From positions 9,872 through 73,871 of the forward strand of contig JAFYNQ010000027.1 in assembly GCA_017548065.1 (NCBI GenBank): a stretch of 64,000 nucleotides of DNA. Direction: 5' to 3'. The stretch comes from Oscillospiraceae bacterium (lineage in GTDB: Bacteria; Bacillota; Clostridia; Oscillospirales; Oscillospiraceae). The translations under genes and the position numbers were made by a program. Under the pieces are notes generated by a model. That model made no database searches and had not been told where the DNA came from. It saw only the letters and a list, made by a program, of their open reading frames with translations. How positions within the stretch are numbered: the stretch's first letter is position 1; each line of letters begins with the position of its first letter. Shown here in pieces: positions 48,143 through 57,666 of this stretch.

Positions 48143-49248
48143 AATTCTTCCCTCAAGAGGTTGATTCTGCCCAGAAGAATACCCAGTATGGCGTAGGGCA
48201 GAATATTGGGGTTTGATGCCATTAGTCCCAGCTCAACAGATTGCTGCAGGACAATGACAGTGAAGGCGACCATAAGACCGGCGGTGCAGGGGTCTTTGCG
48301 ATAGGGTATGCCGTGTGCAAGACAAATGCGGAAGAGATTTGTCCAAAGGCTGTAGCCCACCAGACCGAAGGCGGTGAGGCAGGCAAGGGCGCTGTTATGC
48401 CAGTAGCCGGCATTGATGTTGCCGGTACCGAACCAGTGGTTGTTGCCCAGGAGGCGGAAACCCTCCACCCACACCTGGTCACGTCCGTTAAAGATGGGCT
48501 TGTTGAAATTCTCCATACTCCAGGCATCCAATGCGGCCAGATCCCATGCGGAGGTCAGGATCGCAACAAAGGCTGCGACGAACAGGGGGACAAGCAGCAT
48601 TACCAGCTGCATCCGTTGCGAGGCCAGCAGTCCACGGGTAGGGAGAATGCCGAAAAACAGAAGCAGCGTAACGGCAGCAGCCAGAATGCAGGAACGGGAG
48701 TTGGTCTGCCAGAACAGAATGCCGAATATAATACCGGCGCCGATGAGAATCAGCTTGCTGCGGACGTTGCGGATGCCAAAATAGGGAACAAGAAAAATCA
48801 GGAAGCTGTTAAGACCCACCATGGCAACGGAGTTGCCGTCCCAGCCCTTTAATATATCTGTGTAGGTATAGGCGGTGAGAACGACAAGACCCATGACGGC
48901 ATAGGCAAGACCGGTCAGAAGAAGAGCGCTGCGGGTGGGACGTGTTTCTGACAGAATGAACACCAGAAGATAGGTCCATAAGTAATCAAAGGCATCGGTT
49001 TGGCTGCCGTGGGACAAGGAGGAGCCGATAAAGACAACACCCATCAGCAGCACAGTGAAAAATTCCTGGCGATTTGTTCGCAGAGGTCGCTCCCGCCGTA
49101 TCTTACGCATGGCGCAAACCACAGCGACAGCAACACAAAGTAATTTTGTGATGCCCAAAACATTATAAGTTTGGCCAAGGCCGGTACCTTTTACCAGGTT
49201 CAGCACCCAAAGTACCACCATTGCCGCTGTGTACAAAACGGTTTCCAT
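48139..49248 (-). CDS. Wzy polymerase / O-antigen-ligase-like membrane protein
   Basis: Many TM segments; TNSRS, NGRDQVW..G, WHNS motifs typical of the Wzy_C/ligase superfamily. Confidence 0.7.
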   Translation of the reverse strand: METVLYTAAMVVLWVLNLVKGTGLGQTYNVLGITKLLCVAVAVVCAMRKIRRERPLRTNRQEFFTVLLMGVVFIGSSLSHGSQTDAFDYLWTYLLVFILSETRPTRSALLLTGLAYAVMGLVVLTAYTYTDILKGWDGNSVAMVGLNSFLIFLVPYFGIRNVRSKLILIGAGIIFGILFWQTNSRSCILAAAVTLLLFFGILPTRGLLASQRMQLVMLLVPLFVAAFVAILTSAWDLAALDAWSMENFNKPIFNGRDQVWVEGFRLLGNNHWFGTGNINAGYWHNSALACLTAFGLVGYSLWTNLFRICLAHGIPYRKDPCTAGLMVAFTVIVLQQSVELGLMASNPNILPYAILGILLGRINLLREEL

Positions 49249-49269
49249 ACGATCCCTTTCCTGTGTTTG

Positions 49270-50151
49270 TTATGATCTGTGTCGCCCATAGTGCAGCGCC
49301 ATGGCAATGCCCAGGGGCAGAGCGGCAGCAAGCAGCAGCCATCGCTTTCCTTTGTAGCGTCCCAGGGGACTGGGTGACAAAAGGGAAAAGGCGATGTAAC
49401 GATAGGCAGCGTCAAAGCGTATTTTCAAAGGCAGCGGCATATCCAGACGGTCTGCATAGAACCATTTCATGGACACGCTGTTGCGAAGCATAAGCTGGCG
49501 GAAGCTGTGAGAGTAGCCGCCCTCCTGGTATTCGCAGCTGCAAAGCGCCTGGGGGAGCAGCTTGCAGCGATGGGCTTCGTCGATCCGGTCATAGAGCCAG
49601 GTCTCCGGGAAGAAACGCTGCGCCGGCGGCTCCGGGATTTTATGGGGCTGCAAAAGCTCTGTGCGATATACCAGTGTGCGATCACCGCTGCAGCGGTGGA
49701 GATTGATCAGTTCTATAAGGGTGGTTTCTGAAAGTTCCTCCGGGAAGGGGTCGCCGATTTGCTTGCCGGTTTCCATGTTTTCCTTGTAGGCTATAATGCC
49801 TGCCGGCGTATCCTGGATGGCCGCCAGCAGTGCAGACAGCGCACCGGGCATCAGCACATCGTCGGAGTCAATGCACAGAAAATAGGCATGCTTTGCCTCC
49901 CGGATGCCCACATTCATGGCGGTATGCTTGCCACCGTTTTCCTTGTAGATATAACGGATCTTCAGTTGTCCCTCGCAAGTGAAGGCATCTACCACCTGCT
50001 TTGTATCGTCGGTGGAGCCGTCATCCACGATCAGCCACTCCAGCTCCGGGCAGCTTTGGCTTTTTAAACTCTCATACAGCCGACCCAGCAGCTTTGCCCG
50101 GTTATAGGTAGGTGTGAACACGGTGATTCCGGGAAGAAATGTATTATGCAA
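49270..50151 (-). CDS. Glycosyltransferase family 2
   Basis: FTPTYNR, VDDGSTD, NGGKH, IDSDD, FPE; probable TTG start 50151 after GAGGAG. Confidence 0.88.
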   Translation of the reverse strand: MHNTFLPGITVFTPTYNRAKLLGRLYESLKSQSCPELEWLIVDDGSTDDTKQVVDAFTCEGQLKIRYIYKENGGKHTAMNVGIREAKHAYFLCIDSDDVLMPGALSALLAAIQDTPAGIIAYKENMETGKQIGDPFPEELSETTLIELINLHRCSGDRTLVYRTELLQPHKIPEPPAQRFFPETWLYDRIDEAHRCKLLPQALCSCEYQEGGYSHSFRQLMLRNSVSMKWFYADRLDMPLPLKIRFDAAYRYIAFSLLSPSPLGRYKGKRWLLLAAALPLGIAMALHYGRHRS

Positions 50152-51199
50152 AATAAATCTCCTCAATTCTTTCCGCCCAGGCGGTACAGCTATACTGCGC
50201 TTTGATCTGTGCAGAGGTGTTTTCCAGTGCCTGAGAGGGGAAGCGGTTGTCGGTCAGCAGCTGTGCCATGCGATCTGCCAGCGCTTCCGGATTTTCTGTC
50301 TCAAAAAAGCATGCGGTATCAAAGTTCTTTGCCCATTGGTTGCCGGGGATGTCGCTGACAATGGCAGGCAGCTTCTTGTAAAGCGCCTCCAGCAGCGCAT
50401 AAGAAAAGCATTCTCTGCGGCTGGTGGACAGAAAAACCTTGGCGCTGTCATAGAATGCAGATACATTTTCAGAAGGCGCAAGGCGCACTGTGCAGCATGC
50501 CATGTCCGGGTAAGTGGCATCCAGGTATTCCCAGGTTTGGGGATAGCCTACAATGGCCAGCTTGAAGCTTCGTCCTGCCTTGTGAAGCATGCGGCAGGCA
50601 TCCATAAGGATATCCAGCCCTTTTGTTTTGTAAAAACCGCCAAAGACCAGGAAGTCATATTGCTTTGTCAGCGCTTCCCGGGAGACCAACCGTGAGCAAT
50701 CAATGCAGTTGTCTACGATGTGGACATTCTTTTCGGGAAAGCCCAGGGAAACGGTGTAGTCTGCGTAGTAGCGGTTGGGGGAGATCATGATGGCCTTTTT
50801 GCCGCAAACACCGTACTGAAAGCGGTTGATCAGCTGATGGGGCAAATCAATATTTTCCTCAAAGGAATCATGCAAATGCCAAAAAAGCTTTTGCTTTCTC
50901 GTTTTGGCAAAGGCGCATAAACAATCATAAAGCTCAAAATGGGAATGGATCATGTCCGCCTGTGCCATGGCAGCCTTTACCTGCCGGAAGGTGGCATAGG
51001 AGAAACGGTTCAGACCTGCAAAAAATACCTGCCGTGTCCGGGAAAGCTGCTGGCACCAGGGGGTTTCCGCAACGGTCTCCGGAAACAGATACATGGTTTC
51101 CACGCCACGTGCGGACAAACGCTGATCCAGCGCCAGGAGAGAGGCTATGAAGTTGCCGCTGTACTGTGCGGTATAGGCGCATACTTGCAGGAGCTTCAT
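50144..51199 (-). CDS. Glycosyltransferase family 4
   Basis: HSHF, KGLD, SRRECFSYALLEA (Ex7E), SDIPG. Confidence 0.85.
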   Translation of the reverse strand: MKLLQVCAYTAQYSGNFIASLLALDQRLSARGVETMYLFPETVAETPWCQQLSRTRQVFFAGLNRFSYATFRQVKAAMAQADMIHSHFELYDCLCAFAKTRKQKLFWHLHDSFEENIDLPHQLINRFQYGVCGKKAIMISPNRYYADYTVSLGFPEKNVHIVDNCIDCSRLVSREALTKQYDFLVFGGFYKTKGLDILMDACRMLHKAGRSFKLAIVGYPQTWEYLDATYPDMACCTVRLAPSENVSAFYDSAKVFLSTSRRECFSYALLEALYKKLPAIVSDIPGNQWAKNFDTACFFETENPEALADRMAQLLTDNRFPSQALENTSAQIKAQYSCTAWAERIEEIYFA

Positions 51200-51205
51200 G
51201 GTGTG

Positions 51206-51883
51206 TTATCCTTTCTTTCTGCCGAAGAGACGGCGGAAGGGGCGCAGCAGGCGGCTGCGCAGTACGAGTCCGGGCTTGACCCAGCTTTTTGCATACCAGT
51301 GGATGCTGACGGTGTTTTCTGTGATATTCAACCGCCCGGTAAGGTCGTCATAGGGGTTCATGTAATCTATGGGCAGGATCCTTGCACCGGCAACGGTCTG
51401 CTCAGTGCCGTCGGGAATCAGTCCCAGCTGCACCAGGGCAGCGGTGTTGTAATGGGGGCAGGCGGAAATGTCCGGGGGGACAATGGTATGGTATTGCTGC
51501 AGCATGGCCTCCACAGTCTCGTGGTGGGCAGCAGCGCCGAAGCCTTGTCCTGTGTTCACACAGCTGCTGTTTTCAAAGCTGTAGAAAGCGCTTTCTTCCA
51601 AAAGCTTATCCGGGGCGCAAAGCAGCTCCACATCGGTGTCCAGATAGATGCCGCCGTGCTCTGCCACCACCGCCAGCCGGACATAGTCGCTGAGAAATGC
51701 CCATTTGCCGTTTTCGTAGCAGTAGCGGACATAGGCGTTTTTCGTGAGATCAAAATTGGTCTCATCCCAGCGTTGCAGCTGATAATCCGGACAGTATTTT
51801 TTCCAGCTGGCAATGCAGCGCTGCGCCTTTTCCGGCAATGGTTTGCCGCCGAACCAGCAGTAATGTATGGTTTTTGGGATCAT
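51206..51883 (-). CDS. Glycosyltransferase family 32 (DxD sugar-binding)
   Basis: MIPKTIHYCWFGG, SDYVR, GGIYLDTDVE, IHWY..SW. Confidence 0.88.
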   Translation of the reverse strand: MIPKTIHYCWFGGKPLPEKAQRCIASWKKYCPDYQLQRWDETNFDLTKNAYVRYCYENGKWAFLSDYVRLAVVAEHGGIYLDTDVELLCAPDKLLEESAFYSFENSSCVNTGQGFGAAAHHETVEAMLQQYHTIVPPDISACPHYNTAALVQLGLIPDGTEQTVAGARILPIDYMNPYDDLTGRLNITENTVSIHWYAKSWVKPGLVLRSRLLRPFRRLFGRKKG

Positions 51884-51888
51884 AGCCA

Positions 51889-52686
51889 TCAGCTCCCGAG
51901 ACGTTTTTTGTGCAGTAAGGTGTAAAGGGGAGTGGGAAGAAGTCCCACCAGGATGGGGCGCAGTGTATATACATAGCACCAGACCGGCAACTTCAGAATC
52001 CGCACGGCTTTTGCCTTGACCCGTGCTTCGTTGATGCGGTAGCGGAATTTTCTCCGGGCGGTGGCGTTGCGGTCATCCCGCATGCGGTAAAGGGCTTCGG
52101 ACAGATTGATGCCCCGATGGCCGGCGTGATACAGCTTGATCCACAGATCATAATCCTCTACCCGGAGGAATTTCTTGTCATCGGTGTAGCCGCCAACGGA
52201 GAGCATGGCCTGCCGCCGCACCATACAGGGGGCATGGCAGAAGGGTGTGCCGTGGAGAAAGTCCCGGGGCTGAGGCTCAGAAATTGCTGTTCCCGTGGCC
52301 CAGGTGCCGTTTTCATCAAAATATTCCATGGGAGTGCTGACAATGGCGATCTCCGGCCGGCTTTCCAGCACCTGCAGCTCCTTCTCAAAGCGCTCCGGAA
52401 TGCACAGATCGTCACCGTCCATACGGGCGATGTAAGTGCCGGTGGCATGCTCCAGGCAGCGGTTCAGTGTGTAGTTGAGACCCATGTTTTGCGGATTTTG
52501 CAGCAGCTTTATTTTGTCGGGGTGCTGCTCACAAAAACGGGTCGCCACAGCATAGGTGTCATCGGTGGAGCCGTCATCGCAGAGGATCAGCTCCCAGTCT
52601 GTGACAGTCTGCGCAAGAATGCTTTCAATGGCATCGCCCAAAGTTTCTGCGCAGTTATAAATGCCCATCAATACGGAAATCTTCAT
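51889..52686 (-). CDS. Glycosyltransferase family 2
   Basis: ISVLMGIYN, CDDGSTD, ARMDGDD, EDYDLW. Confidence 0.9.
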   Translation of the reverse strand: MKISVLMGIYNCAETLGDAIESILAQTVTDWELILCDDGSTDDTYAVATRFCEQHPDKIKLLQNPQNMGLNYTLNRCLEHATGTYIARMDGDDLCIPERFEKELQVLESRPEIAIVSTPMEYFDENGTWATGTAISEPQPRDFLHGTPFCHAPCMVRRQAMLSVGGYTDDKKFLRVEDYDLWIKLYHAGHRGINLSEALYRMRDDRNATARRKFRYRINEARVKAKAVRILKLPVWCYVYTLRPILVGLLPTPLYTLLHKKRLGS

Positions 52687-53825
52687 AACGATTCTCCCAA
52701 CAGCTGCTTTCTGTCTTCCAGAATGTGGCGGCAAAGGGTTACCTGGTCAAAGTTCTCCCGGGCAAAAGCAATGCCGGCATCGCCCAGGGATTGCCGCAGT
52801 GCGGTGTCCTCCAGAAGCCGCAGCATTGCAGCCTGCAGCGCCGTGGCATCCTTTGCAGGCACCGTAAGGCCGGTAACGTCTTTTTTCATGGCATCTGTAG
52901 GACCGGGGATGTCCGTTACGATCACCGGTACACCCATGGCCTCTGCCTCAATGACGCCGGAGCCGAAGCCCTCACGGTAGCTGGGCAGCAGATACACATC
53001 CATGGCAGCCAAAAACTGCTCCACCTTGTCGGTGTAGCCGCACCAAAGGATGCGAGGCTCACTTTTTGCCCACTGATACAGCTCAGGCTGCAGAGATTCT
53101 GTCTTTTCCTCTCTGCCCACCAGCATAAGCACGGCATTTTCCGGCAGCTGCCGGAAGGCAGTAAACAGCTCGTTAATGCCCTTGTCGCCGGTGATGCGAC
53201 CCACAAAGCCGAACACCGTTGTCTCCGGGGCAATGCCATAATGCGCCCGAAGCTGCTGCCGCCAAAGTTCTTTTTGGTTGTGGTCAAATTTTGTCAGATT
53301 TACACCGCTGGCGCTGCCGTTCCATACCACACAGCCCTTCTCGGGGCGGTACAGACCCTCCTGGGCAGCAAAACGGAGGTTGCCGTAGCTGTCCGGGGAG
53401 ACCCGGGTGGCAAGGCTGCAAACCAGCTTTTCCACTGCCTTAAAGACCTTTCTTTTAAAGCCGGAGAAGCCTACGTAGGCAATGCCCCACTGGCAATACA
53501 GCCGTACCGGCACCCCGGCCAGCGCTGCCGCCAGGGAGGCATACAGCGATGCATTGGGGGTGGAGAACTGCACCAGGTCAAATTTTTCCTTGCGGAAAAT
53601 GTTATATAGCTTCCAGACAGCCCCAAGACCGCTGAGGCTGATGCCACGCTTCATGGCGACGGGGATATAACGCACACCCTCCGGCAGCTGGGAGACCAGG
53701 GTGCCATCCTCATCGCAGATCACAGTGATCTGCCAATCCGTCATCTTCACCAACTGTTGCAGCACCGGAAAAACAAAAGCCTGCAGCGTGATGGGGACGG
53801 TGGTTACAATACAAAGCGATTTCAT
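52683..53825 (-). CDS. Glycosyltransferase family 4
   Basis: FVGRITGDKG, LPSYREGFGSGVIEA, TDIPG. Confidence 0.9.
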   Translation of the reverse strand: MKSLCIVTTVPITLQAFVFPVLQQLVKMTDWQITVICDEDGTLVSQLPEGVRYIPVAMKRGISLSGLGAVWKLYNIFRKEKFDLVQFSTPNASLYASLAAALAGVPVRLYCQWGIAYVGFSGFKRKVFKAVEKLVCSLATRVSPDSYGNLRFAAQEGLYRPEKGCVVWNGSASGVNLTKFDHNQKELWRQQLRAHYGIAPETTVFGFVGRITGDKGINELFTAFRQLPENAVLMLVGREEKTESLQPELYQWAKSEPRILWCGYTDKVEQFLAAMDVYLLPSYREGFGSGVIEAEAMGVPVIVTDIPGPTDAMKKDVTGLTVPAKDATALQAAMLRLLEDTALRQSLGDAGIAFARENFDQVTLCRHILEDRKQLLGESL

Positions 53826-54430
53826 TTGATTCTCCTTGCAGGAACGCCCACGTAAGTACCGGACTCCGTGATGGTTCTTACGACAACGGCGCCTGCGCCT
53901 ATGACGGTATTTTCACATACGGATAGATTGTTGCTGATAACAGCGCCGATACCGACCCAGGTCTTTTGGCCGATGCAAACAGTGCCGGCGACCTTTGCGC
54001 CCACAGAGACATGGGCATAGTCAGCGATTCGGCAGTCATGCTCAATGATGGCGCCGGTGTTAAGGATGCAGTGTTGTCCTGCTTCAGCGCCGGAATTGAG
54101 GATGCAACCGGCCATAACGGCGCTGCCTGCGCCCACAGTGGCATCTGCGGCGATCACAGCCTGGGGGTGGATGGCAGTATACCAACGGACACCTTTCAGA
54201 GTTTCCACAATTCGCTGACGGATATCCTGATTGCCGATGGCAACGATCATGGGGGTGTCCAAATAATTTGCATAGTCACTGACAGGGCCTAACACGGGAG
54301 CGCCGACCCATTGTGTAATGTCTGTGCGGTCATCCAAAAAACCCAAAACACGGTCACCGACACACCGCACAATATCTGCCACAACTCTTCCGTAGCCGCT
54401 TGCGCCGATAATAATGACATTTTGATTCAT
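53822..54430 (-). CDS. PglD/NeuD-family sugar acetyltransferase
   Basis: IIGASG, VAIGN, IHP, IEHDC, hexapeptide repeats, GVPAR. Confidence 0.88.
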   Translation of the reverse strand: MNQNVIIIGASGYGRVVADIVRCVGDRVLGFLDDRTDITQWVGAPVLGPVSDYANYLDTPMIVAIGNQDIRQRIVETLKGVRWYTAIHPQAVIAADATVGAGSAVMAGCILNSGAEAGQHCILNTGAIIEHDCRIADYAHVSVGAKVAGTVCIGQKTWVGIGAVISNNLSVCENTVIGAGAVVVRTITESGTYVGVPARRIK

Positions 54431-54435
54431 AATGG

Positions 54436-55050
54436 TTACTCCTGCTTGTTGCTACCACGGAAGGGTTCCATGGTAGCATGTCCCTCAGCGCTGATGCCAT
54501 CCCGCTTCAGCACGTTCTTTACCGTAAGCAACAGAATTTTAATGTCCCCTAAAAGGGTGATGTTTTTGGTATATTCCACATCCATGCGGAAACGGTCTTC
54601 CCAGGCCAGCAGGTTGCGACCGTTCACCTGGGCAAGACCGGTCAGTCCCGGGCGCACATCGTGGCGGTGGCGCTGCTGCGCATTGTAAAGGGGCAAATAC
54701 TCCACCAGCAGGGGGCGAGGGCCTACCAGGGACATCTGTCCCAAAAAGATATTGATCAGCTCCGGCAGCTCATCCAGGGAGGAGGCACGGAGGAATTTTC
54801 CGTAACCGTTCAGCCGCCGGGCATCGGGCAGCAGCTTGCCGCTGCTGTCTTTTTCCATGGTCATGGTGCGGAACTTAATAAGCCGGAAGATCTTCTCATC
54901 CTTGCCGGGGCGCAGCTGTGTGAAGAAGGGATTTCCCTTCATGGCAACAGCGCCCACCAGGATCAGGATCAGCAGCACCGGGGACAGAACCAGGAGCGCC
55001 ACTGCGGAAATGCACAGATCCAGCACCCGTTTCCAAAATTTAGCATACAT
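54436..55050 (-). CDS. Initiating phosphoglycosyltransferase (PglC/EpsL-like)
   Basis: KR..D, KFRTM, SLDELP, SLVGPRP, RPGLTGLAQ. Confidence 0.92.
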   Translation of the reverse strand: MYAKFWKRVLDLCISAVALLVLSPVLLILILVGAVAMKGNPFFTQLRPGKDEKIFRLIKFRTMTMEKDSSGKLLPDARRLNGYGKFLRASSLDELPELINIFLGQMSLVGPRPLLVEYLPLYNAQQRHRHDVRPGLTGLAQVNGRNLLAWEDRFRMDVEYTKNITLLGDIKILLLTVKNVLKRDGISAEGHATMEPFRGSNKQE

Positions 55051-55051
55051 A

Positions 55052-56170
55052 TCAGAACGCCGCCTTTACAGTGTCAATTACATAGGAAAGATCTTCCTCG
55101 GTCATCTTGATATCCGAGGGCAGACACAGACCCCGTGCAAAAATATCCTCATCCACCGGCTGTTCGGCAGCAGAGACAAAGTCACAGTGGGCAAACACCG
55201 GCTGCATATGCATGGGCTTCCAGATGGGACGGCTCTCAATGTTGGCTTCGTTCAGCTTTTGCATCAGCGTCAGGGGGTCAACGCCGCAGCCGGCATCCAA
55301 AAGAATGCAGGAGAGCCAGAAATTGGGAACAGAGTCTGCAGCGTAGGGGTTCATGGTCAGGGGTAGACCACGGAAAGCTTCCTCATAGCGGCGATAGATC
55401 CGCTCCTTGGCATCCCGATGCTCCTGCAGATGGAGCAGCTGTCCTCTGCCGATGCCGGCAACGATGTTGGACATGCGGTAGTTGTAGCCCAGCTCCTTAT
55501 GCTCATACCAGGGGGTGTTTTCCCGGGACTGGGTGGCCCAGAACAGCGCCTTATTCCGCATTTCGGGAGACTTTGCCAGCAGCATGCCGCCGCCGGAGGT
55601 GGTGATGATCTTGTTGCCGTTAAAGCTCAGCGCCGCAAGCTGCCCAAAGGTACCGCACTGACGTCCTTTGTAGGTGGAAGACAGCGCCTCTGCGGCATCC
55701 TCAATAAGGATCACGTTGTGACGGCGGCAGATCTCCAAAATCTCGTCTGTTTTGGCAGGTGTGCCGTACAGATGCACCAGCACCACGGCTTTTACATTGG
55801 GATAGCGGCGGAAGGCCTCCTCCAGCGCCTGGGGATCCATGTTCCAGGTGTCACGCTCACTGTCCACAAACACCGGGACACCGCCTTCATACACCACGGG
55901 ATTGACCGTGGCGGCAAAGGTCATGTCGGAGCAAAGGACAACGTCGCCGGGACGGATGCCTGCCAGCTTCACTGCCAGATGCAGCGCTGCCGTGCCGGAG
56001 CAGAGCGCCAGCGCATGCATATCCTGCTGCAGAAAACGGACAACACCGGCTTCCAGCTCGTCGCAGTTGAAGCCCAAAGGTGCCACCCAGTTTCTGTCAA
56101 TGGCCTCCTGGATATATTGTGCCTCCTCGCCGTGGAGGGTGGGGGTAGCCAGTAAAATTCTTTTTTCCAT
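55052..56170 (-). CDS. DegT/DnrJ PLP aminotransferase (PglE/EpsN-like)
   Basis: SGTAALHLA, EDAAEALS, SFNGNKIITTSGGG, GYNYRMSN, CLPS; alternative GTG start 56179. Confidence 0.9.
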   Translation of the reverse strand: MEKRILLATPTLHGEEAQYIQEAIDRNWVAPLGFNCDELEAGVVRFLQQDMHALALCSGTAALHLAVKLAGIRPGDVVLCSDMTFAATVNPVVYEGGVPVFVDSERDTWNMDPQALEEAFRRYPNVKAVVLVHLYGTPAKTDEILEICRRHNVILIEDAAEALSSTYKGRQCGTFGQLAALSFNGNKIITTSGGGMLLAKSPEMRNKALFWATQSRENTPWYEHKELGYNYRMSNIVAGIGRGQLLHLQEHRDAKERIYRRYEEAFRGLPLTMNPYAADSVPNFWLSCILLDAGCGVDPLTLMQKLNEANIESRPIWKPMHMQPVFAHCDFVSAAEQPVDEDIFARGLCLPSDIKMTEEDLSYVIDTVKAAF

Positions 56171-56175
56171 AAAAC

Positions 56176-57330
56176 TCACGCTTCTATTATGCCGTACAGC
56201 TTCAAAAGCGCCAGCCGCTGCTTGCCAAGCTGCAGAGTCGCTGCGCTGTCACGGTTATTTTTATAAGTAAGGATGCGGCAAAGCCATGCCCATGGCAGCA
56301 GCCAGGGGTGCTTTTTCAAATAGGGGAAACGTCCCACAAGGATGTTTTTTGGGGGGAACAGCGCAGAAAGGCTGTGACCGGACTTCCGCCCGGCAGCAGC
56401 GGACAAGGTGATGTTGCTGCTGCGCTTTCGCACGTCGGAGCTGCCGCCGTAGACACCGGCTGCCATAAGGTCAGCCAGCAGAGGTTCCGGGTCGGTGTCT
56501 CTGTAAAAGGGGGCAGGCAGACACCAGTATTTTTCGCCCAAGGCAAACAGCGCGGCGGCAAACCGATCTGCCCGAAGCTGGACAAGCGTGTTTTCAATCA
56601 CGTCCCACTGAATGCTGTCACGGTAGTGAGCGGCAAACAGAACAATGTCGCAGACCTGGCGCACACCGAAGCCGCTGTGGAGAAAATGCTTGAAGGCGTG
56701 CAGCAACAGATACAGCATATGCTCTGTGGGGTGCAGGGTGGGAAGCCCGTGGCACACTGTGGCATGGGCCGCTGCATCTTCAAAAAAGCGGTTCCAGCTG
56801 CCGTAGGTCTGGGAGTCCGGGTCAAATAAATGCCGATGCAGCTCAAGACACAGCCCGGAGGCGGAACAGCGATAGGTGCGTTCAAAGCGGTCTTCCGGGT
56901 CGGCGGTTTCGTAGCCCAGGTCTTCCAGGGCATGGCAGCAGCGGAGAAAGTCGTCGCCGCCTATAAACAGATCCTCGTCGGAGGAGGGTCTGTGATCCTC
57001 CAGGGGATAAAGCTTGCGGCAGACATAGCCTTTGACGATCAGGGGTCGCAGATTTTCTTTTTCCAGCTGCCGGTACAGCGCCTCCAGCTGCTGGGTGCGT
57101 ACTGCCTGGGTCATGACCTGCTGCCGCACCATGGGAGCGGCTTTGGTAAGGGCGTCTCCCTGGGGTAGCTTGTAGGCAGCCTCATAAAACAGGGGCAGTA
57201 CATGATGGGCAGCGGCTTTTGCTGCCAGCTGCTGCAAAAATGAAGGGGTATAGGAAGGGTCATCCTGCAAAGGCTTGCCCGTCAGGGCAGCGCCCAGAAT
57301 CTGCATAAATGCCCGGCTCTCGTCTAACAT
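56176..57330 (-). CDS. Nucleotidyltransferase family protein (NTP_transf_5-like)
   Basis: IVKG...LYP...RPSSDEDL, LELH, LHAFKH, GVRQVCD; ATG 57330 after GGGAGG. Confidence 0.82.
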   Translation of the reverse strand: MLDESRAFMQILGAALTGKPLQDDPSYTPSFLQQLAAKAAAHHVLPLFYEAAYKLPQGDALTKAAPMVRQQVMTQAVRTQQLEALYRQLEKENLRPLIVKGYVCRKLYPLEDHRPSSDEDLFIGGDDFLRCCHALEDLGYETADPEDRFERTYRCSASGLCLELHRHLFDPDSQTYGSWNRFFEDAAAHATVCHGLPTLHPTEHMLYLLLHAFKHFLHSGFGVRQVCDIVLFAAHYRDSIQWDVIENTLVQLRADRFAAALFALGEKYWCLPAPFYRDTDPEPLLADLMAAGVYGGSSDVRKRSSNITLSAAAGRKSGHSLSALFPPKNILVGRFPYLKKHPWLLPWAWLCRILTYKNNRDSAATLQLGKQRLALLKLYGIIEA

Positions 57331-57367
57331 AGGCTGCCTCCCTTCGTAACCCGGATCTGAATACATT

Positions 57368-57396
57368 ATTATATCATAAAAATCGCTTTTTGGAAA
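57368..57396 (-). promoter_or_regulatory. Putative internal sigmaA promoter before the nucleotidyltransferase/glycan genes
   Basis: Minus strand TTTCCA-17 nt-TATAAT with TG extended -10 in the pqqD-NTase gap. Confidence 0.6.
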
Positions 57397-57405
57397 TGGT
57401 TTTGC

Positions 57406-57666
57406 TTACAGAATACCCAGCTTTTCCAGCGCCTCCAGGAAGGCGGAAATGTCTCTGCGTGCGGTGGCTTCGTCCACCTCGTATTCTGCCAGGACGGCAT
57501 CCACCAGCTGCTGAATATCTTCTGCCTGGGGCAGCAGATCCCAAAGAAAGCCGCCCAGCTCGTTAAGGACAAACAGTCCGTTGGCATCGTATACCGCAGA
57601 GCCGATGGGTACCAGCACCGTATCGCCGGATATGGTGCGCTTGATCAGTTCTTTTTTGAGCTGCAT
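57406..57666 (-). CDS. PqqD family RiPP recognition element (RRE)
   Basis: 86 aa; LVP, LNELGGFLWDLL, EYEVDEATARRDISAFLEAL PqqD pattern; ATG directly after rSAM stop. Confidence 0.9.
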   Translation of the reverse strand: MQLKKELIKRTISGDTVLVPIGSAVYDANGLFVLNELGGFLWDLLPQAEDIQQLVDAVLAEYEVDEATARRDISAFLEALEKLGIL

